From positions 4,544,001 to 4,608,000 of the forward strand of contig OZ252098.1 of the NCBI GenBank assembly GCA_965248355.1: a stretch of 64,000 nucleotides of DNA, given 5' to 3'. The translations under genes were made by a program, and so were the position numbers. This stretch comes from Candidatus Latescibacterota bacterium. Its GTDB lineage: Bacteria > Latescibacterota > UBA2968 > UBA8231. Shown here piece by piece: positions 10,303 to 19,475 of this stretch. Numbering within the stretch: the stretch's first letter is position 1; every line of letters starts with the position of its first letter. Under the pieces are notes generated by a model. That model did no database searches. It saw only the letters and a list, made by a program, of their open reading frames with translations, and was not told where the DNA came from.

Positions 10303-10659
10303 CTACCTCCAGTGCAGGACGCCCTTGCGCCAGGCGTAGACCACGGCGAGGAAGAGGATGCCGATGAACAGGGAGAGCTCGACCAGGTCGCGCCAGGCGT
10401 ACTCCCCGAAGACCACGGCCACCGGCAGGATGTAGAGCACGTCCACCTCGAAGGCCACGAAGATCAGGGCGAACAGGTAGTAGGCGATGTCGAAGCGCAC
10501 CCAGGCGCTGCCCTCGGTGTCGACGCCGCACTCGTAGGTGTCGCGGGTCTTGGCGCCCAGCGACCGGGGCGCCAGGAACAGCGGCGCGATCACCGGGGCC
10601 AGGCCGAGGACCGTGCCGACGACGAGCAGGGCGCCGAAGAATCCGTATTCGGAGACCAA
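10303..10659 (-). CDS. nuoA: NADH-quinone oxidoreductase subunit A
   Basis: [29 protein letters not shown] start after GAGG. Confidence 0.94.
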   Translation of the reverse strand: MVSEYGFFGALLVVGTVLGLAPVIAPLFLAPRSLGAKTRDTYECGVDTEGSAWVRFDIAYYLFALIFVAFEVDVLYILPVAVVFGEYAWRDLVELSLFIGILFLAVVYAWRKGVLHWR

Positions 10660-10742
10660 GGGACCTCGAGTTCGGAGTTGGGGAAACGCGGCGGTCCAGC
10701 AAATATCCTGTACGCCGCGGCCTCGTGCCAGAAGCGGGCCGG

Positions 10743-11576
10743 CTAGGAATCCCCCGGGGGCGCCGCCAGGGACCTCGCCCGCCGTTGCCACCCGTAGCGG
10801 CTCTCCCCGGTGAGCAGGGCCCGGAGCTCCTCCGGCAGGCCGGCTGCGAACTCCGGGTCGGGCTCGTACCCGTGCCAGGTCTGGAACATGGTGGGCGTGT
10901 AGCCGCCGATGATCAGCACCCGGTCGCGGTCCGAGCGGATGATCCCGGAGGAGTGCATGAGGGACTCGAAGAACAGCAGCGTCGACCCCGCCGGCGCCTC
11001 CACCTGGTGGATCAGGCCCGGGTCGGCCAGGGCCGCCTCGATGATGGCCCGGCCGTCCGCCTCCTCCGGCACCTTGTGGGTGCCGGCGATGACCGCGGTG
11101 CCGCCGTCGTCGGGCCCCAGGTCGGTCAGGTTCGTCAGGGTCTTCACGAAGCTGAAGTGATAGAGGCCCTGGGCCGTGTGGCCGTAGCCCGGGTTGATGC
11201 CGCGGTGGAAGCTGTACCTCTGCTCCTCCGCCGGCACCGGCCGCCGGATGTGGGCGTCCGACTGCTCGAGGCGCACCGTGCCGCCCACGATCTCCTGCAC
11301 CATGCCCAGCAGCCGGGGGTGGGTCAGGTAGTCGAAGTAGCAGGGGGCCAGGTGCGGCAGGTTGTCGACGCGGAAGAAGTCGTCCCGGGTGGCCGACAGG
11401 TGGCAGCTGGGGCCGGGCGGCTCTCCCGTCTCCCGGCAGCGGCGCTCGATCTCGCAGGTCGTCTCGAGCAGGGTCTTCACCTCGCCGGCGCTCAGCACGT
11501 CCTCGACGACGACGTACCCGTTTACCTCGAGGTGCAGGCGCTGGGAGGCGGTCAGGGCGGGGAAGGGGACGGTCAC
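10743..11576 (-). CDS. Phytanoyl-CoA dioxygenase (PhyH) family Fe(II)/2OG oxygenase
   Basis: NGYVVVEDVLS, DDGGTAVIAGTHK, APAGSTLLFFESLMH; GTG start overlaps the upstream stop. Confidence 0.85.
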   Translation of the reverse strand: MTVPFPALTASQRLHLEVNGYVVVEDVLSAGEVKTLLETTCEIERRCRETGEPPGPSCHLSATRDDFFRVDNLPHLAPCYFDYLTHPRLLGMVQEIVGGTVRLEQSDAHIRRPVPAEEQRYSFHRGINPGYGHTAQGLYHFSFVKTLTNLTDLGPDDGGTAVIAGTHKVPEEADGRAIIEAALADPGLIHQVEAPAGSTLLFFESLMHSSGIIRSDRDRVLIIGGYTPTMFQTWHGYEPDPEFAAGLPEELRALLTGESRYGWQRRARSLAAPPGDS

Positions 11577-12460
11577 GGGGTGCCCGTGCCGGGCACGTCG
11601 ACGTCGACCACCAGGATGCGCCCGTCGCCGGGATGACGCTCGTGGCCGAGCACGGTCGACAGGCACAGGAAGAGGGTCCGCATCTCCGGCCCGCCGAGGG
11701 TGCAGGCGTAGGAGGCGGCGCCGTCCACGTCGATGCGGTCGACGATCTCGCCGCCCTCGCGCAGGCGCAGGAACCCTCCGGGCCCGCCGTACGCGTAGCA
11801 GGGCACGGCCACCCACAGACAGCCCTCCTCGTCCATGGTGATCCCGTCGGGGGGCGCCCCGATGTCGGCCCACACGCGCCGGTTCGTCAGGGAGCCGTCC
11901 TCCTCGACGTCGAAGGCGCTCAGCCGGTTGGCGAAGGTCTCGGAGACGATGTAGGTGCGGCCGTCGGGGGAGATGACGGCGCCGTTGGGGTAGGTCACGC
12001 GGTCGGCGGCGATGCGCGCCTCGCCATCGGGGTCGACCCGGATGATGTGGCTGAAGCCGGGTATGTTCCCCGGCCCGGGGGGTCTGGACTCGTCCAGGTC
12101 CTGCCAGCTGCCGACGTAGGCCCGCCCCCGGCCGTCGACGACCATGTCGTTGCACGGCAGGCCGTCCACGGCCTTCATGTCCCCCGCCAGCGTCAGGGAG
12201 CCGCCGGGGCCGACGGCCAGGAGCCGGCCCTGCTGCACGGAGACGACCAGCAGGGTGCCGTCGGGACGCCAGCCGAGGCCGGAGGGCCACCCGGGCACGG
12301 CGGCGATGGTCTCGAGGCGGCCGGCCAGGTCGACCCGCATCACCTCGCCGCCCAGCACGTCGGAGAACCACAGGCGGCCCTCGCCGCCGGGGCCGGCGCG
12401 CCAGCGCGGGCCCTCGGGGAAGTAGAGGCCGTCTGCGAGAAGCTCGGGGGTTCGCGGCAT
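11573..12460 (-). CDS. SMP-30/gluconolactonase/LRE family protein
   Basis: FPEGPRW, CNDMVVD, YPNG, PDGITMDEEG motifs. Confidence 0.92.
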   Translation of the reverse strand: MPRTPELLADGLYFPEGPRWRAGPGGEGRLWFSDVLGGEVMRVDLAGRLETIAAVPGWPSGLGWRPDGTLLVVSVQQGRLLAVGPGGSLTLAGDMKAVDGLPCNDMVVDGRGRAYVGSWQDLDESRPPGPGNIPGFSHIIRVDPDGEARIAADRVTYPNGAVISPDGRTYIVSETFANRLSAFDVEEDGSLTNRRVWADIGAPPDGITMDEEGCLWVAVPCYAYGGPGGFLRLREGGEIVDRIDVDGAASYACTLGGPEMRTLFLCLSTVLGHERHPGDGRILVVDVDVPGTGTP

Positions 12461-12482
12461 GGGTTCCTTCCGCTGCGCGGGA

Positions 12483-12929
12483 TCAGGAGGTGGGCGCGCC
12501 CGCGGCCACCCAGTCGACGATGAGCTGGATCTCCTCGTCGCTCAGGGGCGGCAGCCCGATGGGCATCTGCTGGCCGGCTCCCGTGCCCTTCACCTTGCGG
12601 ATCAGGTACGAGTCGTCGGGATGGCCCGGGTCGATCAGCTTCGCCGACTCCGCCTGCTGGCTCACCGCGTCGATGATCTCCGCCACCTGGTCCGCCTCCA
12701 GGGACAGGCCCGCCGCCCGGGAGGCCCCGGCGTGACAGCCGCTGGTGGCGCACTTGGGCGTGAAGATCTCGGCGCTCAGCCGCGCCAGGGTGACGGGCTC
12801 GCGCCCGTTCTCCTCGCCGTCCCCGTCCTCCACCGGCCGGCCGTCGGGTCCCAGGGTCGAGCCGTCGCCGCCGCAGGCCGGCAGCAGGGCCAGCACCAGC
12901 AGCGCCGCCGCCGCTTGTCGAAGTCTCAA
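12483..12929 (-). CDS. Lipoprotein with planctomycete cytochrome-c-like domain
   Basis: Lipobox LLPAC; IFTPKCATSGCH; PGHPDDSYL; MPIG...LSDEEIQLIVDWV...GA. Confidence 0.7.
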   Translation of the reverse strand: MRLRQAAAALLVLALLPACGGDGSTLGPDGRPVEDGDGEENGREPVTLARLSAEIFTPKCATSGCHAGASRAAGLSLEADQVAEIIDAVSQQAESAKLIDPGHPDDSYLIRKVKGTGAGQQMPIGLPPLSDEEIQLIVDWVAAGAPTS

Positions 12930-12937
12930 CGGCCGGC

Positions 12938-13591
12938 CTAGCCCTCGAACCCCACGTCGCGGTGGGCGCCGTCGCAGAAGGGCTTGTTCTTCGAGGCGCC
13001 GCAGCGGCAGAGGGCGTAGTGGTCCCTGGAGACCGGGGCGGCTCCGTTGGGATCCAGGAGCGGCAGGCCGCCGCGCACGTGCAGAGGGCCGTCCCTGGAG
13101 ACGAAGATCTCGGGCTCGGAGAAGTATTCGTCGTGGAGGTCGTCCCCGAGGCGGTAGGCCAGGGAGCCGGAGGGGCAGCGGCGGATGGTGTCGATGATCT
13201 TCTGCCGCTCGGCGGCGTCGGGCTCGGCGCGGCGCTCGTCCCCCTCCCAACGGAAGAACACCTCGGGCGCGCCGTCGACGCACTCGCCGGCGTGGCAGCA
13301 GGCGTCGACGTTGTCGACGATGGTCAGCTCCTGCCCCTCGCAGAGCCTGGCCTCCGGCTCCCCGCGGGACTCGCACTCGCCCGAGAAGCCGTTCTCCTTG
13401 TGGGTGCCGTCGCAGAAGGGCTTGTTCGCGGACCCGCCGCAGCGGCACAGGGCGATGACGTTCCTCTCGCTGTCCTCCCTCTCCGTGGGGGGCTCTATGG
13501 GCCCGTCGTCGGCGTCGGTCAGGGTCATCAGATTCTTGACCAGCAGGGGGCCGGTCTCCAGCACCTCGATCGTCGGTCTCTCGTCGCTCAA
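12938..13591 (-). CDS. CDGSH iron-sulfur protein: two CDGSH domains around a divergent 4Fe-4S (Fer4_19-like) domain
   Basis: LCRCGGSANKPFCDGTH and LCRCGASKNKPFCDGAH; CCHAGECV...CPSGSL; TTG start overlaps the mazG stop. Confidence 0.9.
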   Translation of the reverse strand: MSDERPTIEVLETGPLLVKNLMTLTDADDGPIEPPTEREDSERNVIALCRCGGSANKPFCDGTHKENGFSGECESRGEPEARLCEGQELTIVDNVDACCHAGECVDGAPEVFFRWEGDERRAEPDAAERQKIIDTIRRCPSGSLAYRLGDDLHDEYFSEPEIFVSRDGPLHVRGGLPLLDPNGAAPVSRDHYALCRCGASKNKPFCDGAHRDVGFEG

Positions 13592-14415
13592 CTCGCCGCG
13601 CTCCTTTCCAGGGTTTCCTTCACCTCGTTCCACACCGAGTCCATCTCCTCCAGACTCGCCGCCGTCAGGTCCCGGCCCCGCTCGCGGAAGATCTCCTCCA
13701 CCCGGCGAAAGCGCCGGTCGAACTTGTCCACGGCCGCGCGCAGGGCCTGCTCGGCGTCGACCTCGAGGAAGCGGGCGCAATTGACGAGGGCGAAGAGCAG
13801 GTCGCCGAACTCCTCCTCGACCCGCCGCCGCGCCTCGGGGCCGTCGGTGCGCCGCCGCCACTCGTTGCGCAGCTCGTCGAATTCCTCGGAGACCTTGTCC
13901 AGGGGCTCGTCGATGCGCTCCCAGTCGAAGCCGACGCGCGAGGCCTTGGTCTGCACGCGCTGCGCCCGCAACAGGGCGGGCAGCGGCTTCGGCACCCCGT
14001 CGAGGGCAGAGGCGGTGCGGCCGCCGTCCTCGCGCTCGGAGCGCTTGATCGCCTCCCAGTTGGCCGCCACCTGCCCGGCGCCGTCCACCTGCAGGTCGCC
14101 GAAGACGTGGGGGTGACGGCGCACGAGCTTGTCGACGATGGCGCGGCAGACGTCGTCCATGGTGAACCGTCCGTCCTCGGCGGCCACCTGGGCGTGGAAG
14201 ACGATCTGCAACAGCAGGTCGCCGAGTTCGGCGCACAGGTCGGCGTCGGCCCCGGCGTCGATCGCCTCGAGGACCTCGTAGGCCTCCTCGAGGAGGTAGG
14301 GCTTGAGGGTCCGGTGATCCTGCTCCCGGTCCCAGGGACAGCCCTGCGGCGAGCGCAGGCGCACCATGGTCTCCACGAGCTCGGAGAAGGCGGAGGGCGG
14401 GTGCGGATCGGCCAA
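13588..14415 (-). CDS. mazG: Nucleoside triphosphate pyrophosphohydrolase MazG
   Basis: GCPWDREQ, EEAYEV, ELGDLLLQIVFH, RRHPHVF. Confidence 0.96.
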   Translation of the reverse strand: MADPHPPSAFSELVETMVRLRSPQGCPWDREQDHRTLKPYLLEEAYEVLEAIDAGADADLCAELGDLLLQIVFHAQVAAEDGRFTMDDVCRAIVDKLVRRHPHVFGDLQVDGAGQVAANWEAIKRSEREDGGRTASALDGVPKPLPALLRAQRVQTKASRVGFDWERIDEPLDKVSEEFDELRNEWRRRTDGPEARRRVEEEFGDLLFALVNCARFLEVDAEQALRAAVDKFDRRFRRVEEIFRERGRDLTAASLEEMDSVWNEVKETLERSAAS

Positions 14416-14660
14416 GGGAGCTCCTGGCGGGAGGAGGAAACACCGGGAAGAGCGGGAAATGTACGCGCCCGGGGCGCCGGCGCCATGCAGGGCGCGGATG
14501 GGCAGGTTGACGCTCCCGGAGGGCCGGCCTTACCTTGCCGCCCGCCACCCGGCCGCAGCACTTTTTCGGTGCTTCCCGGGCCTGTATGGCGGCGCGGTTC
14601 ACCTCTGTGGAACCGCGCTTTCCTGCGTGTCCCGCGGCCCTTTTTCCAAGAGCGGAACCC

Positions 14661-15437
14661 ATGGGCAGAATCATCGCCGTCGCCAACCAGAAGGGGGGCG
14701 TGGGCAAGACGACGACGGCGGTGAACCTGGCGGCCTGCCTGGCGGTGGGCGGCCATCCCACCCTGCTGATCGACCTCGACCCCCAGGCCAACGCCACCAG
14801 CGGCTGTGAGCCGGGTCCCGTCAGCCTCGAAGGCTCCGTGTACGAGGTCCTTCTCGGCCACGCGCCCCTCGAAGCCGTGATCTGCGCCACCGCCATCGCC
14901 GGCTTCGACCTGGTGCCCTCCCACATCTCGCTGGCCGGCGCCGAGGTGGAGATGGCCTCCATCCTCGGCCGCGAGAGGCGCCTGTCGGAGGCCCTCGAGT
15001 CGACCCGGGGCGACTACGATTTCGTCATCGTCGACTGCCCGCCCTCCCTCGGCCTGCTGACCCTCAACGCCCTGACCGCGGCCAACTCCTGCCTGATCCC
15101 CGTGCAGTGCGAGTACTACGCTCTCGAGGGGCTGAGCAAGCTGCTCAGCTCGATTCAGCTCGTGCAGCGCTACCTCAACCCCTCCCTGGAGATCGAGGGG
15201 GTCCTGCTGACCATGTTCGACGAGCGCCTGCAGCTGTCCCGGCGGGTCGCCGCCGAGGTCAAGTCGTACTTCGACGACAAGGTCTACGCCACCGAGATCC
15301 GGCGGAACGTCAGCCTCGCGGCGGCCCCGAGCTTCGGCCGCCCCGTCATCCTCTACGAGCCGCGCTCCACCGGCGCCCACAACTACAGCCGCCTCGCCGA
15401 CGAGATCCGCGGCGCCCCCCCCCTGGCCATGGCCTGA
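14661..15437 (+). CDS. parA: ParA/Soj family ATPase
   Basis: NQKGGVGKTTT, DLDPQAN, DCPPSLG, QCEYYALEG. Confidence 0.93.
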   Translation: MGRIIAVANQKGGVGKTTTAVNLAACLAVGGHPTLLIDLDPQANATSGCEPGPVSLEGSVYEVLLGHAPLEAVICATAIAGFDLVPSHISLAGAEVEMASILGRERRLSEALESTRGDYDFVIVDCPPSLGLLTLNALTAANSCLIPVQCEYYALEGLSKLLSSIQLVQRYLNPSLEIEGVLLTMFDERLQLSRRVAAEVKSYFDDKVYATEIRRNVSLAAAPSFGRPVILYEPRSTGAHNYSRLADEIRGAPPLAMA

Positions 15438-16204
15438 TGCGGATCGCAGACACCCACTGCCACGCCGGCCTGCTCAAGTACGAGCCGGTCGAGTCCCTCC
15501 TCTACCACATGGAGATCTCCGGGGTGAGCCAGGCCGTGCTCATCCAGTACGGCGGCAACAGCGACAACAGCTACCTGGTGGACTGCCTGCAGCGCTGCCC
15601 CGGGCGCTTCGCGGCGGCCATGATCGTCGATCCGGATGACGACGGCACCGCCATGCGGCGCTGGGCGGCGGCCGGCCTGACGGGCATCCGGCTCGGCGTC
15701 GAGTCGCGGGCCCGGGCCGACGACCCCCTGGCGCACTGGCGCACGGCGGCCGACCTGGGCCTGGTGGTGAGCGCCGTGTGCACGCCGGAGGAGATGCTGT
15801 CGGAGGGGTTCCGCGAGGTGCTCGACACCTTTCCGGACCTGTCGATCTGCATCGAGCACCTGGCCAGCGTGGGCCGCGCCGACACGGACGTGGAGTACCG
15901 CCGGGGCCTGGATGGGATCGCGTCGCGGCCGAACCTGTCCATGAAGCTGCCGGGCTTCGGCGAGTTCTGCCTCGGCCCCCTGCCCTTCGACCCCATTCCG
16001 CCGGTGGCGCGTCTGGCCCTGGAGGCCTTCGGCCCCGAGCGGCTCATGTGGGGCTCCGACTTCCCCCCGGTGAGCGGGCGCGAGGGCTACCACAACTCCC
16101 TGCAGGTGCCCTTCGACTACTTCGGCGACCTGAGCGACTCCGACCGCGAGTGGATCTTCGGGGGCGCCGCCCGCGCCGTCTGGGACCTGCCGCCGCTGCC
16201 CTAG
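15437..16204 (+). CDS. Amidohydrolase_2 family protein
   Basis: DTHCH, IEHL, FGPERLMWGSDFP; ATG overlaps the parA stop. Confidence 0.88.
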   Translation: MRIADTHCHAGLLKYEPVESLLYHMEISGVSQAVLIQYGGNSDNSYLVDCLQRCPGRFAAAMIVDPDDDGTAMRRWAAAGLTGIRLGVESRARADDPLAHWRTAADLGLVVSAVCTPEEMLSEGFREVLDTFPDLSICIEHLASVGRADTDVEYRRGLDGIASRPNLSMKLPGFGEFCLGPLPFDPIPPVARLALEAFGPERLMWGSDFPPVSGREGYHNSLQVPFDYFGDLSDSDREWIFGGAARAVWDLPPLP

Positions 16205-17145
16205 GCCTGGCCCGCGCGCACCACCACCGACTGCAGAACCCCGCGGCCTCCGCCGCAGTCCTCTCCCGGCCCCGGCGCCGGCCGCATCCCTTCCGCCCCG
16301 CTCAGCCCCCGCCCCACGGCGCGCTCGAAAGCGCCCGGCCCCCAGCCCTCGCAGCCCGACGAGACCAGCAGCCAGCCCCCCGGCGCCAGGAGCCCCGCGC
16401 AGCCCTGGACGAGGGCCGTCAGATCGCGCTCGACGCGCCAGGGGCCTCCGTCCCGGCCGCGGGACCGGGAGAAGGCGGGCGGATCGCAGACGATGCCGTC
16501 GAACCGCCGCTGCCGCCGGCGGCAGCCCTCGACCAGCAGGCGGGCGTCGACCGCGGGATACTCGACGGCGGCCCCGTCCATGCCGTTGAGGGCGGCGTTC
16601 TGCCGGGCCCAGGCCAGGTGGGTCCGGCTGACGTCGTTCTGCACCATCTCGTGGGCCCCGCCGGCCAGGGCGGCGAGGCCGAACCCCCCGGTATAGGCGA
16701 ACAGGTTGAGCACCCGGGCGCCGCGGGCGTGCTCGCGCACCCAGGCGCGGTTGCGCCGCTGATCCAGGAACAGGCCGGGGGACTGGCCGCCCGCCGCGCG
16801 CAGCTGGAAGCGCAGGCCCGCCTCGGCGGCGGTCCACGTCTCCGGCGCTCCGGGGGAGGACCAGTGGCGCCGGAGGCCGGGGTCCCGCCCCCGGTCCGGC
16901 ATGCAGCGCAGATGCCAGTGGCCGGCGCCGGCGGCGCCGGTGAAGGCGTCCAGGCGGGCGAGATCCTCAGGCCGGGGGGAGGCGTCCCGGTACCAGGAGA
17001 ACCAGCAGACCGGGCCGTAGCGGTCGCAGCGCAGGGTCCCGTCCTCGTCGTTCAGCAGCCGGGCGCAGGTGTCGGGGGCGGACAGGTCGAAGAGCCGGCG
17101 GCGGCGGTCGAGGGCGCGGCGCCAGGGAGCGGGCAGGTCGCTCAA
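16201..17145 (-). CDS. Class I SAM-dependent methyltransferase (RlmI/RlmK-like)
   Basis: GLFLDQRRNR, VLNLFAYTGGF, CDPPAF; TTG start overlaps the upstream stop. Confidence 0.85.
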   Translation of the reverse strand: MSDLPAPWRRALDRRRRLFDLSAPDTCARLLNDEDGTLRCDRYGPVCWFSWYRDASPRPEDLARLDAFTGAAGAGHWHLRCMPDRGRDPGLRRHWSSPGAPETWTAAEAGLRFQLRAAGGQSPGLFLDQRRNRAWVREHARGARVLNLFAYTGGFGLAALAGGAHEMVQNDVSRTHLAWARQNAALNGMDGAAVEYPAVDARLLVEGCRRRQRRFDGIVCDPPAFSRSRGRDGGPWRVERDLTALVQGCAGLLAPGGWLLVSSGCEGWGPGAFERAVGRGLSGAEGMRPAPGPGEDCGGGRGVLQSVVVRAGQA

Positions 17146-18122
17146 CCGGGGCTTCGCGAGGCGCGGATGCCGTGGCGTCGCAGCCGGTCGTAGAGGGTGG
17201 AGCGCTTCATGCCCAGAAGCCGGGCGGTGGCGGCGATGTTGCCGTCGCAGCGCTCCAGGGCCTGACTCAGCCGCCGGCCCTCGTCCACGGGCTCGGCGGG
17301 GGCCCGGTCTCCCCAGACCTCGTGGCGCGAGCACGACGCCCACAGGTGCTCGGGGGTGATCACCGGGTCGTCGCACTCGAGGACGACGCGCTTGATGACG
17401 ACGTTGAGCTCGCGCACGTTGTTGGCGCGCCAGTCGTGGCTCTTCAGCCAGCAGAGGGCGCCCTTGCTCAGGCTCTGTATGTGATGGCGGCCGAAGCGCT
17501 CGCGGAAGTGGACGAGGAAGTGGCGGGCGAGCTCGGGGATGTCGGCGCGCCGCTGGCGCAGGGGCGGCACCGGGACCACGTAGTCGGCGAGCCGGTAGTA
17601 GAGATCGGTGCGGAAGCGGCCCTCCTCCATCGCCTGGGACAGCTCCCGGTTGGTGGCGGAGACGACGCGCACGTCCACCGGGACCTCCTCGGCGCCGCCC
17701 ACGGGGCGCACCCGCCGTTCCTCGAGGGCGCGCAACAGCTTCGGCTGGGATGCCGCCGGCAGCTCTCCCACCTCGTCGAGGAACAGGGTGCCTCCCCGGG
17801 CCTGCTGAAACAGTCCCGGACGGTCGGCGTCGGCCCCGGTGAAGGCGCCGCGGCAGTAGCCGAAGAGGTGAGACTCGAGGAGGTTCTCCGGCATGGCGGC
17901 GCAGTTGACGGCGACGAAGGGACCCGTGCCCCGTGCCGGGTCGGACTCGTGCAGCAGACGGGCCACGAGTTCCTTGCCGGTGCCGCTCTCGCCGACGACG
18001 AGCACGTCCACTTCGAGTCCGAGGACGCGGTCCACGGCCTCGACGACCCCTCGCAGACCCGACTCCGCTCCGATCAGGAGATTCCCGCAGGAAGGCCGGG
18101 CGGGGATATGGGGGGCGGTCAT
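17142..18122 (-). CDS. Sigma54-dependent activator (AAA+ and Fis HTH) with no sensor domain
   Basis: GESGTGKE, GAFTGA, LFLDEVGE, FRTDLYYRL, HTH GNIAATARLLG. Confidence 0.9.
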   Translation of the reverse strand: MTAPHIPARPSCGNLLIGAESGLRGVVEAVDRVLGLEVDVLVVGESGTGKELVARLLHESDPARGTGPFVAVNCAAMPENLLESHLFGYCRGAFTGADADRPGLFQQARGGTLFLDEVGELPAASQPKLLRALEERRVRPVGGAEEVPVDVRVVSATNRELSQAMEEGRFRTDLYYRLADYVVPVPPLRQRRADIPELARHFLVHFRERFGRHHIQSLSKGALCWLKSHDWRANNVRELNVVIKRVVLECDDPVITPEHLWASCSRHEVWGDRAPAEPVDEGRRLSQALERCDGNIAATARLLGMKRSTLYDRLRRHGIRASRSPG

Positions 18123-18361
18123 GGGGGAGGTTCGACTGCGTCGGGGTGGCTAAGTATGCCCCTGGCCTGCCCGGGCCTCAAGCAAACGCTCTCCGTTTTG
18201 CAGCCGGCCGGGTGACGGCCGGTACCGGGAGGGCTCCCTCCGGCGCCGGGCCGTCGGCCCGGCGCTGCCCGCCGCCGTCCCCTGCGGGCGAGGTACGGAA
18301 CTCGCTATGGCTGCGCCCTTCCTCGGATGACGCGAAGAACAACGGCGACGGAGATCTCCCC

Positions 18362-19432
18362 ATGAACCGCCCGCCCACCCACCGCGAACCCCGGCTTCAG
18401 GTCCACGCCAACCCCACACCGGTCCGGCCGGGCAGCCCCGGCGATCCTCTCCTGGCTTCGGAGAGCGCCAGCATGCGCAGCGTTCTGGCGCAGGTGCTGC
18501 GCGTGGCCGACGCGGAGGCCACCGTCCTGCTCCAGGGGGAGAGCGGCACCGGCAAGGGGGTGCTCGCCCGGGTGCTGCACGACCGCAGCCCCCGGGGAGG
18601 CGGCCCCTTCGTCGAGGTCAACTGCGCGGCCCTGCCCGAGGGCATCCTCGAGTCGGAGCTGTTCGGCCACGAGAAGGGGGCCTTCACCGGCGCCGTGCGC
18701 CAGCGCGCGGGCCGCCTGGAGCAGGCCCACGGCGGAACCATGTTCCTCGACGAGGTGGGCGCCGCCGACGGCCGCGTCCAGCTGCGGCTGCTGCGCGTCC
18801 TGCAGGAGCGCCGCTTCGAGCGGGTCGGCGGCGATCGCACCTTCACCGCCGACGTCCGCGTCGTGGCCGCCACCAACGTCGATCTGGCCGCCGAGGTGCG
18901 CCAGGGGCGGTTCCGGGAGGACCTGTTCTACCGCCTGCACGTGATCCCCGTCGAGCTGCCGCCGCTGCGGGACCGCCGCGAGGACGTGCCCCTCCTCGTG
19001 CAGTACTTCCTGCGGCGGCCCCGGCCCGGAGCCCCGCCGCGGTTCCCCCGCGACATCGACGAGGAGGCCCTGCGGCTGCTGATCGACTACCCGTGGCCGG
19101 GCAACATCCGCGAGCTGGAGAACACGCTGGAACGCATGGTCGTGCTGGCCCGGGGGCCGCGGCTGACCGCGGCCGACGTGCCCGAGGAGGTGGCCGCCTG
19201 GCGCCAGGGGAGGGCGGCGGAGGCGCTGGAGGACCTGGGGGAGGTGAGCTACCGGGAGGCGCGGGAGTGGTTCGACCGCCGCTTCCTGAGCCATGCCCTG
19301 CGGCGGCACAACGGCGTCATCACCCACGTGGCCGATGCCATCGGCATGTCGCGGAAGTATCTCTACACGCGCCTGGAGCAGCTGGACATCGATCCGAGGC
19401 GCTACCGCGCCAAGTACCAGCGCCCCAACTGA
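18362..19432 (+). CDS. Sigma54-dependent activator (AAA+ and HTH) with no sensor domain
   Basis: GESGTGKG, ESELFGHEKGAFTGA, WPGNIREL; GGAGA RBS before ATG 18362. Confidence 0.9.
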   Translation: MNRPPTHREPRLQVHANPTPVRPGSPGDPLLASESASMRSVLAQVLRVADAEATVLLQGESGTGKGVLARVLHDRSPRGGGPFVEVNCAALPEGILESELFGHEKGAFTGAVRQRAGRLEQAHGGTMFLDEVGAADGRVQLRLLRVLQERRFERVGGDRTFTADVRVVAATNVDLAAEVRQGRFREDLFYRLHVIPVELPPLRDRREDVPLLVQYFLRRPRPGAPPRFPRDIDEEALRLLIDYPWPGNIRELENTLERMVVLARGPRLTAADVPEEVAAWRQGRAAEALEDLGEVSYREAREWFDRRFLSHALRRHNGVITHVADAIGMSRKYLYTRLEQLDIDPRRYRAKYQRPN

Positions 19433-19475
19433 GGTGTCCGCCCCCCGGGGCCCGGGAGTCGGGGGCGCCGACGGT

